Source of the DNA: Anolis carolinensis
Lineage: Eukaryota
Reading direction: 5' to 3'
NCBI RefSeq assembly: GCF_035594765.1
Contig: NC_085847.1
Span: 6,510,392 to 6,574,000 of the forward strand
Length of the DNA stretch: 63,609 nucleotides
Below, in pieces: positions 46,901 to 59,865 of the stretch. Each line of letters opens with the position of its first letter. The first letter of the stretch is position 1. The notes beneath the pieces are model-generated. The model did not search any database and was not told the DNA's origin. It saw only the letters and a program-made list of their open reading frames with translations. The position numbers were made by a program, and so were the translations under genes.

Positions 46901-49900
46901 TGACAAGACAAAGTGGCCGGTGTCGCGAGTGTCCCTCAAATGTGAGCTTTTATGCTGTGGCCATGGATCCCTAAGGGTCTGTGAAGTGCAAGCAAAATAA
47001 GTCTGTCCCTCCTTCAGCATCCTTCCTGTTACTCTGAAACCTGTATAGAAGTCCTCATTTTCCCCTGGGGTCCACAGCTTTTATCAGACTCTCAGGGGAC
47101 TCCAGAAAGATTCCCTATAGGCACCTGATCCCATCTGATCTTGGAGGCTAAGTAGGGTCAGCCCTGGTTTGGACTAGGGTGGGAAACTGCCACCGAATCC
47201 CAAGTAATATTTTAGAGGAAGGCACAGGCAAAGCCATTGCATCCTCAGCAAGAACCCCTGGACTGTTTGGAGGGGAGAAGACCTCGACTTTGGCAGGACA
47301 GTTGCTACTCATTTTGCCTCCTTTCCCTATTAATTCCCACATAACTTATTCCCAAGTAAGCACATATGAGATAGGCAGTGGGCAACTTATTTTTTATTAT
47401 AATAACTCAATAACTCCCTCTGCCTGACTTGTCCTTGACCACTGAAGACACTTATAGTCAATAATACCAGAAGAGGCTCCACTACGTAAGATTTTGGTGG
47501 TCCACTTTGACCACAATAATTTCAAAAACATCTTAAGGGATGCTTAAGCCATTCCTTCCCTGGTTCCTAAGTCCAAAGTCCAGCATTGACAAATTATAGG
47601 GTTGCGTTGGATCTTAAAACATATCAAGCCGGTCAAGGGATGGGAACAAGGGAATATCCAGGAAGACAGATATATTTTAACACTCCAAACAAAAAGAGTG
47701 TCCAAGGTGCCCCCACATGCTTCCCACTTTGTTCCCTCGGTGCAGACGCATCAGAGACTTTCAATAGCCAGGGCGACCCCCGTGGTGTTATCTATAGCCT
47801 GAGACCTCATCTGTTTCCTTTCCGTTCATTTGAGCCTCCCCCTTTAAAAGCCAAGAGAGAAAAAGATCGCCAGGCAAGGAGAATGGGGGCCAGCCACCCT
47901 GAATTACATCTCATTGGTGACCCCAAAAACATGCCCATGGATTAGGGCCACCGATATGCCCACCTCTTGCTCCTTTAATTGAGGGGAGAGGACCCAACAA
48001 CCCCTTCCTATAGAGATCAGTCACAGATTTAGCTGAACCAGCACCAGAGGGAAGTTTAGAGAAGATGAAGTTGTCTCCTTTCCCCATAAACTTCTCTTCC
48101 CAGCTACAGTATAATCCTAAACAAGATTCTCAGAAGGCAAAGTCTCACCCATGGCAGTAGGATTTACTCCCAAGTGACTTATGATGGCAACTCCCATCTC
48201 GTATAGCAAAAATATACATATATAAAGCTTTAAGAGTCCAGCACCTTTCTCAAAGCAAGACCGTTCCCAGTTCCTTCATCAGATGCCAAAAACTTCAGGC
48301 CATAAAAACTAAGGTGGGAAAAGGATTGAGTTTTTTTATTTCTCTGCTTCCGAAAATCCTTGGGGCATCTGCACTGAGCAAGTTTGGGATAAGTTTAAGG
48401 GGAACTTTTTAAGGAAGGACCTCATGAAGCAAAACGCATTTTCTAGTCAAATCCCAGAGGAAAGATGTTCCCTTTTGTTCGGCTTTTGCATTTGATCAAA
48501 ACCCCACTTCAGTTCCATGCAGTGACACAGAAGCTCCTTCAAAGTTCTCTCCCACTAGCCTCAGTGAAAATAAAAGACGGCAATACATAGCTTCCCAACT
48601 TTTTTGTGCATCAAAACTTTTTGGCAGGCTGTTCCTTGGACTTTTCATTCATTCATAGTTGAACGGGGGAAAAAAACAACACATAATAATGCCCCCTTGT
48701 TTGCTCTGCACAAATCTAACCTTGAGCCCGGTATCTCAAGTCCCAAGATTTCTAACCCAAGGGAAAGCGGTTAAAAAGTATCCGCTAGAGATACTCCGCA
48801 GCCCAGTGCCATGTCTCTGCCAGGACACATACTTTCACCCTCTGTACATGCAAGCACCAACACTGCAATGCTAGATATACTACAGGACCAATTGCCATCT
48901 CCATCATGGAACACACAAGTCCGTCTGGAGAGATATGGACTCCAAACGGCTCTCAAACACAGTGCCTTATTCCCGTATCCGAACTGATCTTGCTCTGGAC
49001 ACCTGTTAGCTGTCAAGATGTTGAGGAAAACCCCAACAATGGGATGCCAGCTCAAATCATTTCAACCCAAACAAAGAATTCAAATTAAATACAGGAAAGG
49101 GGGATCGGATGAAAATCAAGTTGCCTGTCAACTTATGCCAACTCCATGGCTTTCAGAGCAGGAAGTTTGAAAGTTTGCCCTCCTCCAAATCGAGCCTTGG
49201 GAAGATTATTACTCAACAACATCTATTAGTATTATTCTTAAAAGCTTTTGGGTCGCTTGTCACCCCACCAGAATTCCCAACTGAGAGAAAACTTTCTTTT
49301 AAAGACTGTTTATATATAAAAAGGTTTCCATCTCAGGCTCTAAAGGTAGTTGAGCAAGCCACCAGTTGGACCAGCTTGAGTCGCCCGTTATTAGCCCACC
49401 AAGTGCCCACCATATGGTGAGAAAGCTGAATGGAACAGCTGCACTGGTTGTTGATCACTTGAGCTTTCCCCCCTCCTCAAGGCACGCTAGAGAGGCCCAG
49501 CCCCACAAACGTGCCCCTTTTTCCCTGGTCCCAAGGTGGGTTGGTCCCTAAGCAAGGACAGAGGTCTAATAAGGTGGAGGTGGTAGTGGCACAGGTGCCC
49601 CAATGTCAGGAAAAGCAAGTCAACAAGGCACACACTCAATAGTTTCTCCTTTGCTTCCTTCAAGAGAGGATGGGGAAAGCACTGACAGGCAGGAGACACA
49701 GCCGACAGAGGCAGGGATGCATTGAGACCACAAAATTGCCACTTTCATAATAGAGCTGAACCAAACCCTCAGACCTTCTGGATGGAGAAACCAAACCCAA
49801 CAAAGATCTCTTGGTGCTCCCAAAGCGCCAGCTACAAACAGGGACCCAAAACTTTGCAGCCCACAAAATCATTTCATCCAAAGTGATATGAAGAACATGC

Positions 49901-51438
49901 TGGGGTGCTTTGCCTGCTCAATGAGATCCAGACAACCTCCTTCTCAAGAACCTGTGGGCACCAGGAGAGCTCTCCCAGCATCTGAGCTTCCAAGGGGTCC
50001 CTTCTGAGGTGTCAGAAGGCCTACAGGCTCCCCAATTGGGACCTCCTTGATGGACCAAATCCTGCCCTCTTCTTCCTCTGACAAGGACAACAGAGGGGTG
50101 GGTGAGAGAACATGCCAAAACCTTGAGTCTCCTTCAAGATGCTTGGCCCCAAGCGCAAAGGGACAAGCTCAGAAGCCAAGGGGGGAAAGGGAGACACAGA
50201 AACAGACATCTCGGCTTCCTTTCAGCACCACACTCGCCCACAACTCAGTCGCAATCCGCATCTCTCTTGCCGTGCCACAAAAGCAAAACTTTGACCAAGC
50301 CGGTGGCCTTTCCTTCACCCCGTATGGAGCCCAAAGGGGCCGGCAACCCTTCCAACAAAAGCCCAGCGCCCGGGATCGATCTGGGCCGCGCTTGCCCATC
50401 GCCAGCGCTGTCTAATTGCAAATTAATCCCAGACCCGGCGGAAGGAAAGCCCCAAAGCCAGAAAAGCAGACTGTTTGGGGGGATGGGGGGGAGCGAGCAT
50501 CAGATCAGTGGACCCCACGACCCCTGCGACCCCACTCACCGTCTTGGAGTCCAGCTCGTGGCGGGACTGGGCCAGGACCTTGTCCACGCCGGCTTGGTCC
50601 ACGAAGGTGACAAAACCGAAGCCCCTGCAGCCACGGATGCCGCCGCCGGCAAAAGGGGAGGAAGCGGAAAAGTTGGTCAGGAAAGGGGGGCAGCGGGTTG
50701 GGAGGGAGGGGGGTCCAAGAGGAGGCACCCACTCAGGCTCCCACTCACCTGGAGCGCTTTGTCAGCGGGTCCCTCATGACCAGGCACTCCTTGACCTCGC
50801 CAAACTGGCCAAAGTACTCCCGCAGGCCTTCTGCAAAAGGACGGGAGGGGGGGAGCACAACAAAAGGAGGAGAGGGGCTGAGGAGGCCGGCTGGGCCCAA
50901 GATGGATGGAGCGGGCAGGCCTCTCCAAAATGGCTAGGGAGGGAGGGAGGGAGGGAGGGCGAGGAGGGCCTTCCTTCTCTCTCTCTCTCTCTCCCTCTCC
51001 CTCCTCCTCCCTCCGCAGCCAGGCCTGGAGCCCCTCGCCCGCCTTCCCTCCTCCTCGACAAAGGCACCTTTCAGCCCTCAGCATCCCCGGAGGCCAGGCC
51101 CGGCCAAGGGCCCCACTTGGGAAACTTTTGGGGGCCCTGGCGGGGGAGCCATCCCCTCCGAGAGCCCCCCTCCCCGTCTCCCGCTTCCTCACCTTGCGTG
51201 GTCTGCCAGCTCAAGCCTCCGATGAACATTTTGCTACAAGAGAAGAGAGAGAGAGAGAGAGAAAGGAGAGGCGATTAGAGGCGGGAAGGCGAGCGGGGAT
51301 CGGCCATGTTGGCGGGCGCCTGCCTGCCTCTCTGCCTGCCTGCCTGGCTCTCTGCTTCTCCTCAGGGCGGCCGTACCAAGGGTCGTGAGGGGAATCCGGC
51401 GGGGAGGCCAGGCCGGGCTGGGCGGCGTCGGGCTCCAT
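28043..51438 (-). CDS. MSI1: RNA-binding protein Musashi-1; coding exons 51438-51377, 51233-51193, 50830-50749, 50624-50540, 43368-43327, 40947-40855, 33690-33642, 33096-33014, 32825-32708, 31783-31703, 29895-29839, 28610-28542, 28401-28247, 28084-28043 (352 aa)
   Basis: [34 protein letters not shown]; RRM1 RGFGFVTF; [14 protein letters not shown]; RRM2 KIFVGGLS...RGFGFVTFE; [12 protein letters not shown]; poly-Ala; C-terminus [13 protein letters not shown]. All junctions are GT-AG and in frame (1059 nt). Confidence 0.98.
35990..36560. promoter_or_regulatory. Candidate MSI1 intron-6 neural enhancer (RFX X-boxes plus SOX sites)
   Basis: GTGGCCATGGAAAC at 36167-36180, GTTGCTGTGGCAAC at 36474-36487, TGCTAAGCAAC at ~36001, ATTGTT at ~36275 and AACAAAAG at ~36434, all in a CpG-enriched patch. 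Confidence 0.6.
36990..37230 (+). mobile_element. 5S-rRNA-derived SINE with a partly duplicated head
   Basis: agttaagcaggggcagccctggttaggacttggatggggaccacc...ggtgctgtaggc is a diverged 5S sequence followed by a non-5S tail. Confidence 0.7.
43484..43650 (+). mobile_element. tRNA-derived (MIR/Squam-like) SINE
   Basis: tggtttgagcactggact...gaccttgggcaagtcac..ctctcagcctcagaggaagg; similar copies at 58480-58610 and (reverse) 34150-34240. Confidence 0.6.
47120..47250 (+). mobile_element. 5S-rRNA-derived SINE fragment
   Basis: gatcccatctgatcttggaggctaagtagggtcagccctggtttggact resembles the 5S internal region. Confidence 0.6.
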
Positions 51439-52330
51439 GCGGGAGGCGGCAGCGGCGGAGTCCGAGGCGGTGGAGGAGCCGGAGCAGCAGCAGCAGGAGC
51501 CGCGGCGCCGCACTCGCGGGGCAGCCAAAGCCGAGGCGCGTGGGCAAAGGGGCCGGGCGGGCAGGCCATGCGGCCCCCTCCCCCGACCCCGCCGAGCCGG
51601 GCGGAGGGGGCGGGGCCACCGGGGGGCGGGGACACAAAGGGGGAGGGCTCTGGCGCCAGGCTCCGCCCACTCCGCTTACTCCGCCTGGCCGGCCCTCAGG
51701 CCCCTCACGACCCTCGTCCTAAGACACAAAGTCAAGCACAACCATCCCAAGACAGCCGGGGCCTGGCTCGCCCGCTCTCTCGCTCTCTCTTTCCTTCTCT
51801 CTTGCTTGCTTTCTTTCCCCTCAGGCGCCTCCAACAAAGGCCTAGCTCGCCTCCAGAGGCAGGCAGGCAGGGAGGGATTTGGGGAGAGGAGAAGCCGCGT
51901 CCCCGCTTTGTTGCTGCCCGCCTCCTCCTCCTCCTCCTCCTTCTCTACCCGCTGAGGGAGGCCAACGAAGAGGAAGAGGCCTCCTCCATGGTCAAGGCGA
52001 GCGCGAAGGACGAGGCCTCCGCCGCCGCCCCCCGCCGCTTCCCGGGCCCTTCATGGCTCTCGCAGGGAAGCGCCGGCCCGGCCAGGCGAGGGTTAACAGG
52101 CTCAGCCAGCCGGCAACAATACTCCGCATGTGACCAGGCAGGAAGGCAGGGAGGGAGGCAGGGAGGGAGGGGAAAGAAAGCAAGACGGAGCCCGCGCAGG
52201 CGCAGTCCCAGCCCTCCGGAGAAGAGGCCAAGCGCCTCACTCACTCACTCACTCACTCACGCGACGCACGCGCCTCTGGAGGCCGCCTGCCTTCCCCTCA
52301 GGAGAGGCGCCCAAAACAAAGAGAGAGGGC
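50300..52330 (-). promoter_or_regulatory. MSI1: MSI1 CpG island and promoter
   Basis: High CpG density over exons 1-4 and upstream; GC boxes at 51590-51670. Confidence 0.8.
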
Positions 52331-52428
52331 CCTTTCCACGCAGCCCTGGAGCCCGGAACATCCAGGCAGGAAAGCCCACAGGATTGGCTTCGAAGTGGGG
52401 TTCAGAGCGGAGAATGTGGGGTTTTAGT

Positions 52429-53145
52429 CAGCTGTGTGGAAGGGCCCACAATGGCCCAGAGTGGCGCCCAACTCTGAGGAGAAGGACACCTCAAGGGCCC
52501 CTCCCACACAGCTCTAGGAATCCACATTAATAATAATAATAATTTTATTCTTATGTATTCTTATATTACATTGAACTGGGTTATATGGCAGTGTGGACTC
52601 AGGGCCCTTCCACACAGCTAAAGAGCATTCCCTCAGTGTCTGCTTTGAACTGGGATATCTGGCAGTGTGGACACAGATAACCCAGGGCCCTTCCACTCAG
52701 GCACAGAACCCAGAAGATCAAGGCAGAAAACCCCACGTTATCTGAGTGTGTGTTACATAGACTCAGAAAGCAGATATTGTGGGATTATTGGCCTTGATAT
52801 TATGGGTTATATATACAGTAGAGTCTCACTTATCCAACATAAACGGGCTGGCAGAAGCTTGGATAAGCGAATATCTTGGATAATGTGGAGGAATTAAGGA
52901 AAAGCCTATTAAACATCAAATTAGGTTATGATTTTACAAATTAAGCACCAAAACATCATGTTATTCAACAGATTTGACAGAAAAAGTCGTTCAATACGCA
53001 GTAATGCTATGTAGTAATTACTGTATTTACAAATTTAGCATCAAAATATCACAATATATTGAAAACATTGACTACAAAAATGCCTTGGATAATCCAGAAC
53101 ATTGGATAAGTGAGAGACTACTGTATATAGCTGTGTGGAAGGACC
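52429..53145. mobile_element. Palindromic MITE remnants (GGGCCCTTCCACACAGC ends) with a nested Tc1-type MITE at 52816-53123
   Basis: Repeated and inverted ggcccttccacacagc / gctgtgtggaagggcc ends; the nested element has CAGTAGAGTCTCACTTATCCAA TIRs and TA flanks. Confidence 0.7.
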
Positions 53146-53346
53146 CATAGATTGGGACGCTACTGACTTCACACATCATTGAGTGATACTGAGGGGGGGG
53201 GGGGGGAACAAGAAATACAATATGAAGAAATCCTCTTTGCTGGATTTGGAACCCACTTTCCTGTCAGGGTTTTGACCATTTTCTTTTCCCCTTTGAAAAT
53301 GACCCTCGAGGGCCCATCATTTTTTCTATCTTGTCTTTTCTTTATA

Positions 53347-53679
53347 CAGTGTTCCCTCACTTAGGTTAGGTTCCAGGACCCCCCACAATAAGTGAAAATC
53401 TGCAAAGTAGGGACACTAAATTTATTTTAATATTTATACATTATTTTAGTAGTTATACACTATTTTAAGTCTTTATCAACCAATCATATGTTGATAAATC
53501 ACCTCCTTCTCCTCCCGTTGCAGCTTGGGCTCCTTTTCTCTCCCTTTGGCTTCTCCTTCCTCCCTTCCTTAGGCTGTAAATTGTATTTTTTATGATTTAT
53601 AAGTCTTTTAGAGTTTATTGAAAAATCGCAAAACAGCGAATCTGCAAAAAGTGAACTGCGAAGTAGAGAAGGAACACTG
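53347..53679. mobile_element. Tc1/pogo-type MITE, second family
   Basis: TIRs CAGTGTTCCCTC and GAAGGAACACTG with TA flanks. Confidence 0.75.
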
Positions 53680-54950
53680 TATTTCTTTATTTGTATCTAT
53701 CTCCCGCTCCCCCTTTATTCTCTGTTTTTCTCCTTTTATGAGTATGTCTACATCTACACTATGGAATGGATACAGTTTAACACAAACAGCCATGTCTCAA
53801 TGCGATGGAATTCAGAGATTTATAATGTGTTGAGGCACTTTGTAGTTACTTGGTGTAACTACAAATCCCAGAATTCCAGCGCATCTGGTCAGGACAAGGA
53901 AAGTGACGTTTCATTGGCTAGTGTCGATGCCCCTTCCGTTTTGCTTCCCTTGTTGTCCTCGATGGAAACAATCCTAACCAAATACATTTGTGAAACCTGT
54001 TGCCTGAGTTGATACACTGTCACTTCTTGGGCAACAAAACATAGTTTTTGCCCTTGTTACAATTTTGACCAAAGTAACTTGAGCTGTCTCTTTTCTCAAC
54101 AGGATGGGAAATGGATACAATTTGGTTTGCTTTTTGATCAACAGTCCTAACCTTTCACAGAGACCTGTGTAGGATGGCGTCTCAGGATTGCATGGCATCG
54201 GGGCTTGTGCCCATGGCTCCAGGATGGCTGTGAGTATGCATTACTTGCCTTTTCTAGGTACCATACCAGCCAACTTTGTCAGGGATCACCCCAGTGAATC
54301 CTTTGTTGTTCTGCTCTTTATTCACCTTCCCAGTTGGCTGGGGCAAAAACAAACTGCTGTAGCCTCTCCTCATTCATCACTTTTGCCATCTTGAAATCAC
54401 TTGAAGCACATGTCCTGAGTTTCATCCCTGAAATATTGGAGCGTTTGGGGTATCCACTTGATGGAAGAGAGTTCACCAAGTTGACATAAGGGATTGCATG
54501 CTTTGGTTACATCCCTTCCACACAGTCCTATAACCCAAGATCTGCTTTGAACTGGGTTATCTGAGTCCACACTGCCATATATTTTAGTTCAAAGCAGATA
54601 ATGTGGGATTTTATTTATCTCTGTGGAAGGGGCCCCAGACTATGGAACTCCCTCCCAAGAGAGAGTGACCAGGATGGCCCCATCCCTGCTGGCCTTCCTT
54701 CCGCAAGCAGGTCAAGACCTTCTGACAAGAGGCATTTGGGAAAGGGTAACAGGCACATTGCTATGGAGACTGGGTGTTTTAAAATGTGTTTTAATTGTAT
54801 TTATTGCATTTTAACTGTATTTTTAACCTAACACACACAGTACTGTCTCATTGCTTTTTCATTTTTGTATTTGCTTTGTTTTAAATTGGTCAAATTATGT
54901 GGCTGCTAGCTGCCTGGAGTCCCCTTGGAGATAAAGGCGAGGTATAAATA

Positions 54951-55281
54951 AGGTAAAGATTTTTCCCCTGGCATTAAATCTAGTCATGTCTAACTCTGGG
55001 GGTTGGTGGTCATCTCCATTTCTAAGCCAAAGAGCCTGCATTGTCCAAAGACACCTCTGAGGTCATGTGGCCGGCATGACTGCATGGAGCGCCGTTATCT
55101 TCCCACTGGAGAAGTATCTATTTATTGATCTACTTACATTTGCATGTTTTCGAACTGCTAGATTGATACAAACTGGGGCTAACAGCAGGAGCTCATCCCG
55201 CTCCCCGGATTCGAACCACCGACCTTTCGGTCAGCAAGTTCAGCAGCTCAAGGGTTTAACCCACTGTGCCACCGGGTGCTC
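54951..55281 (-). mobile_element. Sauria SINE, near full length
   Basis: Reverse strand has a tRNA-like head (ggttcgaatccggggagcggg), the central Sauria body and an (ACCTT)-type tail. Confidence 0.88.
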
Positions 55282-58200
55282 CAGTATAAATAAAGTTAAT
55301 AAAATAGTAATAATGGAACACAGTAGAAAAAAATCTCAGTTGTGCTCCAATTGCAAACAGTGACCCAAATCAAACACTGTGGTAAAACTATCAGAATACA
55401 TTGTTCATAGTTAGCCTGGTCGTAGTTATGGTCAAAGGTCAGCCTCTGCTTGCCCTACCTGGAAGTCCCCCCACAACCCGCCTGTGGAAATAGGATTGGC
55501 TGGTAAGTGCTAGGACAGAAATACATGCCCCAAATCTCCCTAAGCAGATCAGGGTGAGTGACAGCCGTGAGCCCACAAGGCTTTGCCAAGGTATCAAGCA
55601 CCTGAGAGGTCAAGCTCCGTTTCCCCATTGTCCACAGATACCCTGCACAGCTGGCAAACTGGCTGGGGTTTCTGGGAGGTGTAGGCCAAAACATCTGGAG
55701 ACCCACAGGTTGAGAACCAATGGTCTAGAGCAGTGGTCCTCGACCTTTTTTTGGCCATGCCCCACCGAAGCATCTCTAAAATCCTGACACTCCCCTAATG
55801 ACATATAATTATTATTATTCAACAAGTGAACTCTTTCCTATTCATGTGGAGGAAGTCTTTTTTGTTAGCAATTCGATGGCATGTTTAGTATTCGTTTGTC
55901 ATAAAGAGACACAGGCAGTGAGGGTCGGTCCAAAACAGGAGAAGACAGGAGACAGGGTCTTCTCGGTGGTTGCTCCCACCCATAAAACTTTCTCCTGGGG
56001 GCAGATTGGTCTCTTTTTGGCACTGTTTCCACTAGCAGGCCCTCTTAATTTAGAGGCCTTCTGGTTGGGGCAGAAAGTTGTACAACAGGCGAGCTGCCCC
56101 TTAACATATAATGTGTTTTTAATGTGCTTTGAATGGCTTTGGATTCCTGTTTGAATGGGAGGGATTGTTTGCTTTTTAAAATCTTGTGCCAGCCATTGGT
56201 TTGGCTATCTGGTTTGAAACTACACTGGAAGTTGCTTCTGCCTTGCTATTTCTCCTCTATTGGGAGAAAAACAAAATAGCAATCTAATCGATTGATTAAA
56301 GTGAGGAGTGAGACCCCAGAAATCTGACATGTTCAGAAAGGCTGCTTTCAAGGGCTTGTACTTGAAGGAACCAGCAGCTAGACTTCCGCCATCCAAATTG
56401 CGGCCTCCTCCTCTTTTGTGGATGTCATTGACCTTTGCCTTCCTTGAGGTGGGACCTGTTTCTCATCAGCGCAATGAACATGATGCCCTCAGTCTATTCC
56501 GTATGTGTTTGGGGGGGGGGGGGGGGGTGAGCAGGGAATGGCTTCCATCTCGTCCCAATAGCTGTTTGCTGAGAGGGAGTGTTCCGGCCTTGGCCAAAGA
56601 CAAAACTGACATCTGATCCCAAGACTCCGAGGAGGCCCCTTTGGTTCAGGGCAGAAACCAAGCCACATGCAGCCAAGCCATTTCGAGATGGTAACAATCA
56701 CTAATGAGGAGAAAAAACACACTAGGAGAGAAGCCAGAACAGTTTGCTTTTGTCTGAGCTAAGGGAAGGGCAGGATTTCTTTCTGTTTTCTCTCAACTGA
56801 GAGCAAACCATGTTTGAAGTCTTCCTGCAGCGATCAAAGGAAGCTGAGAACCAAGGAGGAACGAGAGAGAAACTGGGTCATTTGAAAAGCAGATAACAAA
56901 GTGGGACAGCAGAGGATTAAGGGGACAAATTGGGACAATCGAAGGAATTTTCTGTGTCCTCATTGCCTTAATCATCTATTTTTTGTATTTTGGATCTTAT
57001 AATGGAAGAAAGAAACTTTTGGGGAGGCAGAATCCTTGTGGGGGAGAAGCAAAACTCTTTCCTTTATCTCCTATTAACTGTGCCCCAGAACCAACTGGGC
57101 CATTTGGCAAGCCGGGCTCCAAACCAGACCCTTAGGCATGAATGCGCCTTGTCACTTGGAGGGGAAAAGCTCTGAAAAAAGAGAGGCAGAGAGGAGGGGC
57201 TCCTCTTAGGCTGGGCGCCAGGCCTGGGAACTCTGAGGAAAGCGAGCAAGTGGTGGGGACCTGAATGGGAACAAGCCGGTCTCTTGAATAACAGCTTTTC
57301 TTTCCAGCCTGTCTCAGGGCAGCAGAGGAGAGGCACAAAAGCCTCCCACTCGAATCGGTAGCTTTTTAAATTGGTTTGGGGGGCGGGGGGCGGGGGGGTA
57401 AAGGAGATGCCAGGAGCTGCAGGCAATGCAGGAGGTAGCTGGGGAGGGGAGGATAAGATTGTTGTCCCTCTCCCAAATAAGAATACCCCCCCCCCCATTA
57501 AATTTCCCTGCAGTCCACAGATTTCTAGGAGTATTGAAAATCCCTCACACCTTGACCTTTTCTGTGCACTGTGTTCCCATTCCCTGGATCCCTTTGCCTG
57601 CCCCCCCTTTTTGTGTTGGACATCTAAACTCCTAGTTCCAAAGGCTCAACCGGAGTTTGAAGTAATTGCAATGCTTGAAACGTGGAGAGTGAAGGACAAT
57701 TTCATTGCATGAGGCTGATTTCTTCTTTGGAAGGGTCAATGCCCTCCTTTTATCTTCCCAGTAGCTATGCTGCTGGTGCAGTGAGTCCCTGGAACACATG
57801 AAATTTGGGGAAGGAAAATGTCATGGTTGGGCAGAATTCTTCTATGAGGGCAATGCCGGCCCTGTGGATGCTGCCAGCTGCCTTTGATAGCAATCCTTGT
57901 TGAAGACAGATATCTAATTACCTCTCCATTTCCTCCTCCAAGCTAAACATATCCACCGCCTTTAAACCCATCTTTAATGGTAACTTGCTATCCAGGCTCC
58001 AGGTCATCTTTGCCCACTGGATGGTCAGTCCTTGCCAGAACAGCTTTACCTGCTGAGCTTTACCTGAGGAGAGGGGCATGTTACCTCCAGGATCCTTGGG
58101 TGGAAGAGGGAGTTTGGGCCGTTCATTTCCTTCCTGCCTTGGCATATAATCTGGCCCAGGCTGCCAAGGGGCCAAGTTCCACCTGCCTTTTCTGACTGAA

Positions 58201-59644
58201 AAGCCCCTCTCTCCCACTCAGCATGACCTAACCTAGACTAAAGGGATCTTCGCTAGTCCGCTTAATCCCCATCTGTTTCCTGAATGGGTCCTCAAGTTGC
58301 TCTGGGGATGACCAAAGCTGGTGTGGTACCATCTGTGCCCATGTGCTAGAAGGGGCATTGATGCAGGGTTGCCCCACAGCTCTTACTTCCTTACTTTCCC
58401 TATTTTCCCTTTAAAGTTCAGACTAATACTGGGCCCACATTCTCCACCTGATTGCTGTGCATGAAATGTTAATTTCTGGTGACCTTGGGCAAAGTCACAC
58501 TCTCTCTGCCTCAGAGGAGGGCAATGGCATACCTCTCCTTAACAAATTTTACGAAGAAAAGCCCATCAGAAGGTCACCATTTGGTCAGAAGCAACTTGAA
58601 GGTATACATCAACAGCAACAAAGTACAACTAGTCAAAGAGCCATGTATTCAGGCCAAGGTGGTCATTCCACTTGTCCCGGCATCCTGGCGTAAAAGGAGA
58701 AGTTCAAAACTCGATTGAGCATGTCCCGGTGCTCAGGATGAAGTCGGATGCATAAGAATTGTTATGCTAATCGCTGAAGCTCTGAATTTTCCTCCTGCTT
58801 CTGCAGCTCAGAAGTCTTGCCATGCAGCCTCACCTTTTTGCCCTGCCTGTGCTCCCTGGAGTCAAACATGAGTCAAGTTTTCAGATCCTGACTCTGGCAA
58901 ACCCATTCCCCATTTGGCATGATTTGGTCCTAAAAACTTTTTTCCTACTGAATTGAGAAGGGCACAGCTTCGTCATCTATCCTCCTGCATGTTTCCTAGT
59001 TCCTTTTAAGTTGATCTGCAATTTTTCCCAAATATGTGGGCTGAAGGCTTCAGGGATAGTACAGAGCTTCCCAGAAGGCATGTATTATTCTTGCATGCAA
59101 AGTGTTTGAGATATAGGGTCTTGGTTCTGGAAGGTCAGTTAGGATCCCTTAGTTTTAAAAAAGCCCCTCTCCTGATGGAGTGAAACACTGCTGAAACCAA
59201 TTTGCTGCTCAGGATCAAAGCATCTGCCTACATGTCTGGGTTCTTCTTTGGCTCTGAGGATGCACACCTGCCCTTCAACACTGACCTCTACTCTGGTGCC
59301 TTGTGGTCTGTGCTTGGTGCTAGCTGGGCATCAACCACCAGCTTGCAGCATTTCCAGGAAAGAAAGCAACAGTTGTTGCCAATGGGCACAAAAATGGCAC
59401 GATTCACTGGCACAGTGGAAAAAAAGTTGCCAGTCGTGTGGATGAAGAGGAGATGGAAACCGTCAAAGATTTTTCTATTCCTTGGCTGAGTCATTCGTCC
59501 AAATGAGACACCAGTTAAGAAATCAAAAGAAGAATAAGACTTGGAAGGGCGGTTATGAAAGAACGAGATAAGAGCCTCAAGTGGAGAGATGCGTTGTTGA
59601 ATACCAAACTCAGGAGCGTCCGTGAGATAGTATTCCCAATTTCT

Positions 59645-59865
59645 ATGTAGGAGTATAAAAGCCAGACAATGAAATAAAAGCTAGCAGGAAGAAAACCAAT
59701 GCATTTGAAATGTGGTGCTAAGGAGAGTTCTGAGGATGTCGTGGATGGCCCAAAAAGACAAAGAATGGCTCTGAAAACAAATCAAGCCTGAACTTTTGCT
59801 CAAAATCAAGATGACTAAACTGAAACTATTGTGCTTTGGACACGTCTTGAGACAGCATGACTCAT
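59645..59865 (+). mobile_element. RTE/BovB-like LINE fragment
   Basis: Degenerate ...NAFEMWC..., QIKPE..., KMTKLKLLCFGHVLRQHDS. Confidence 0.7.

Noticed and set aside
51385-52530. 381-aa plus-strand ORF antisense/divergent to MSI1 exon 1
   Set aside because: Low-complexity product of a stop-poor CpG island; no domain or splice support.
55190-55281. tRNA gene
   Set aside because: It is the tRNA-derived head of a Sauria SINE.
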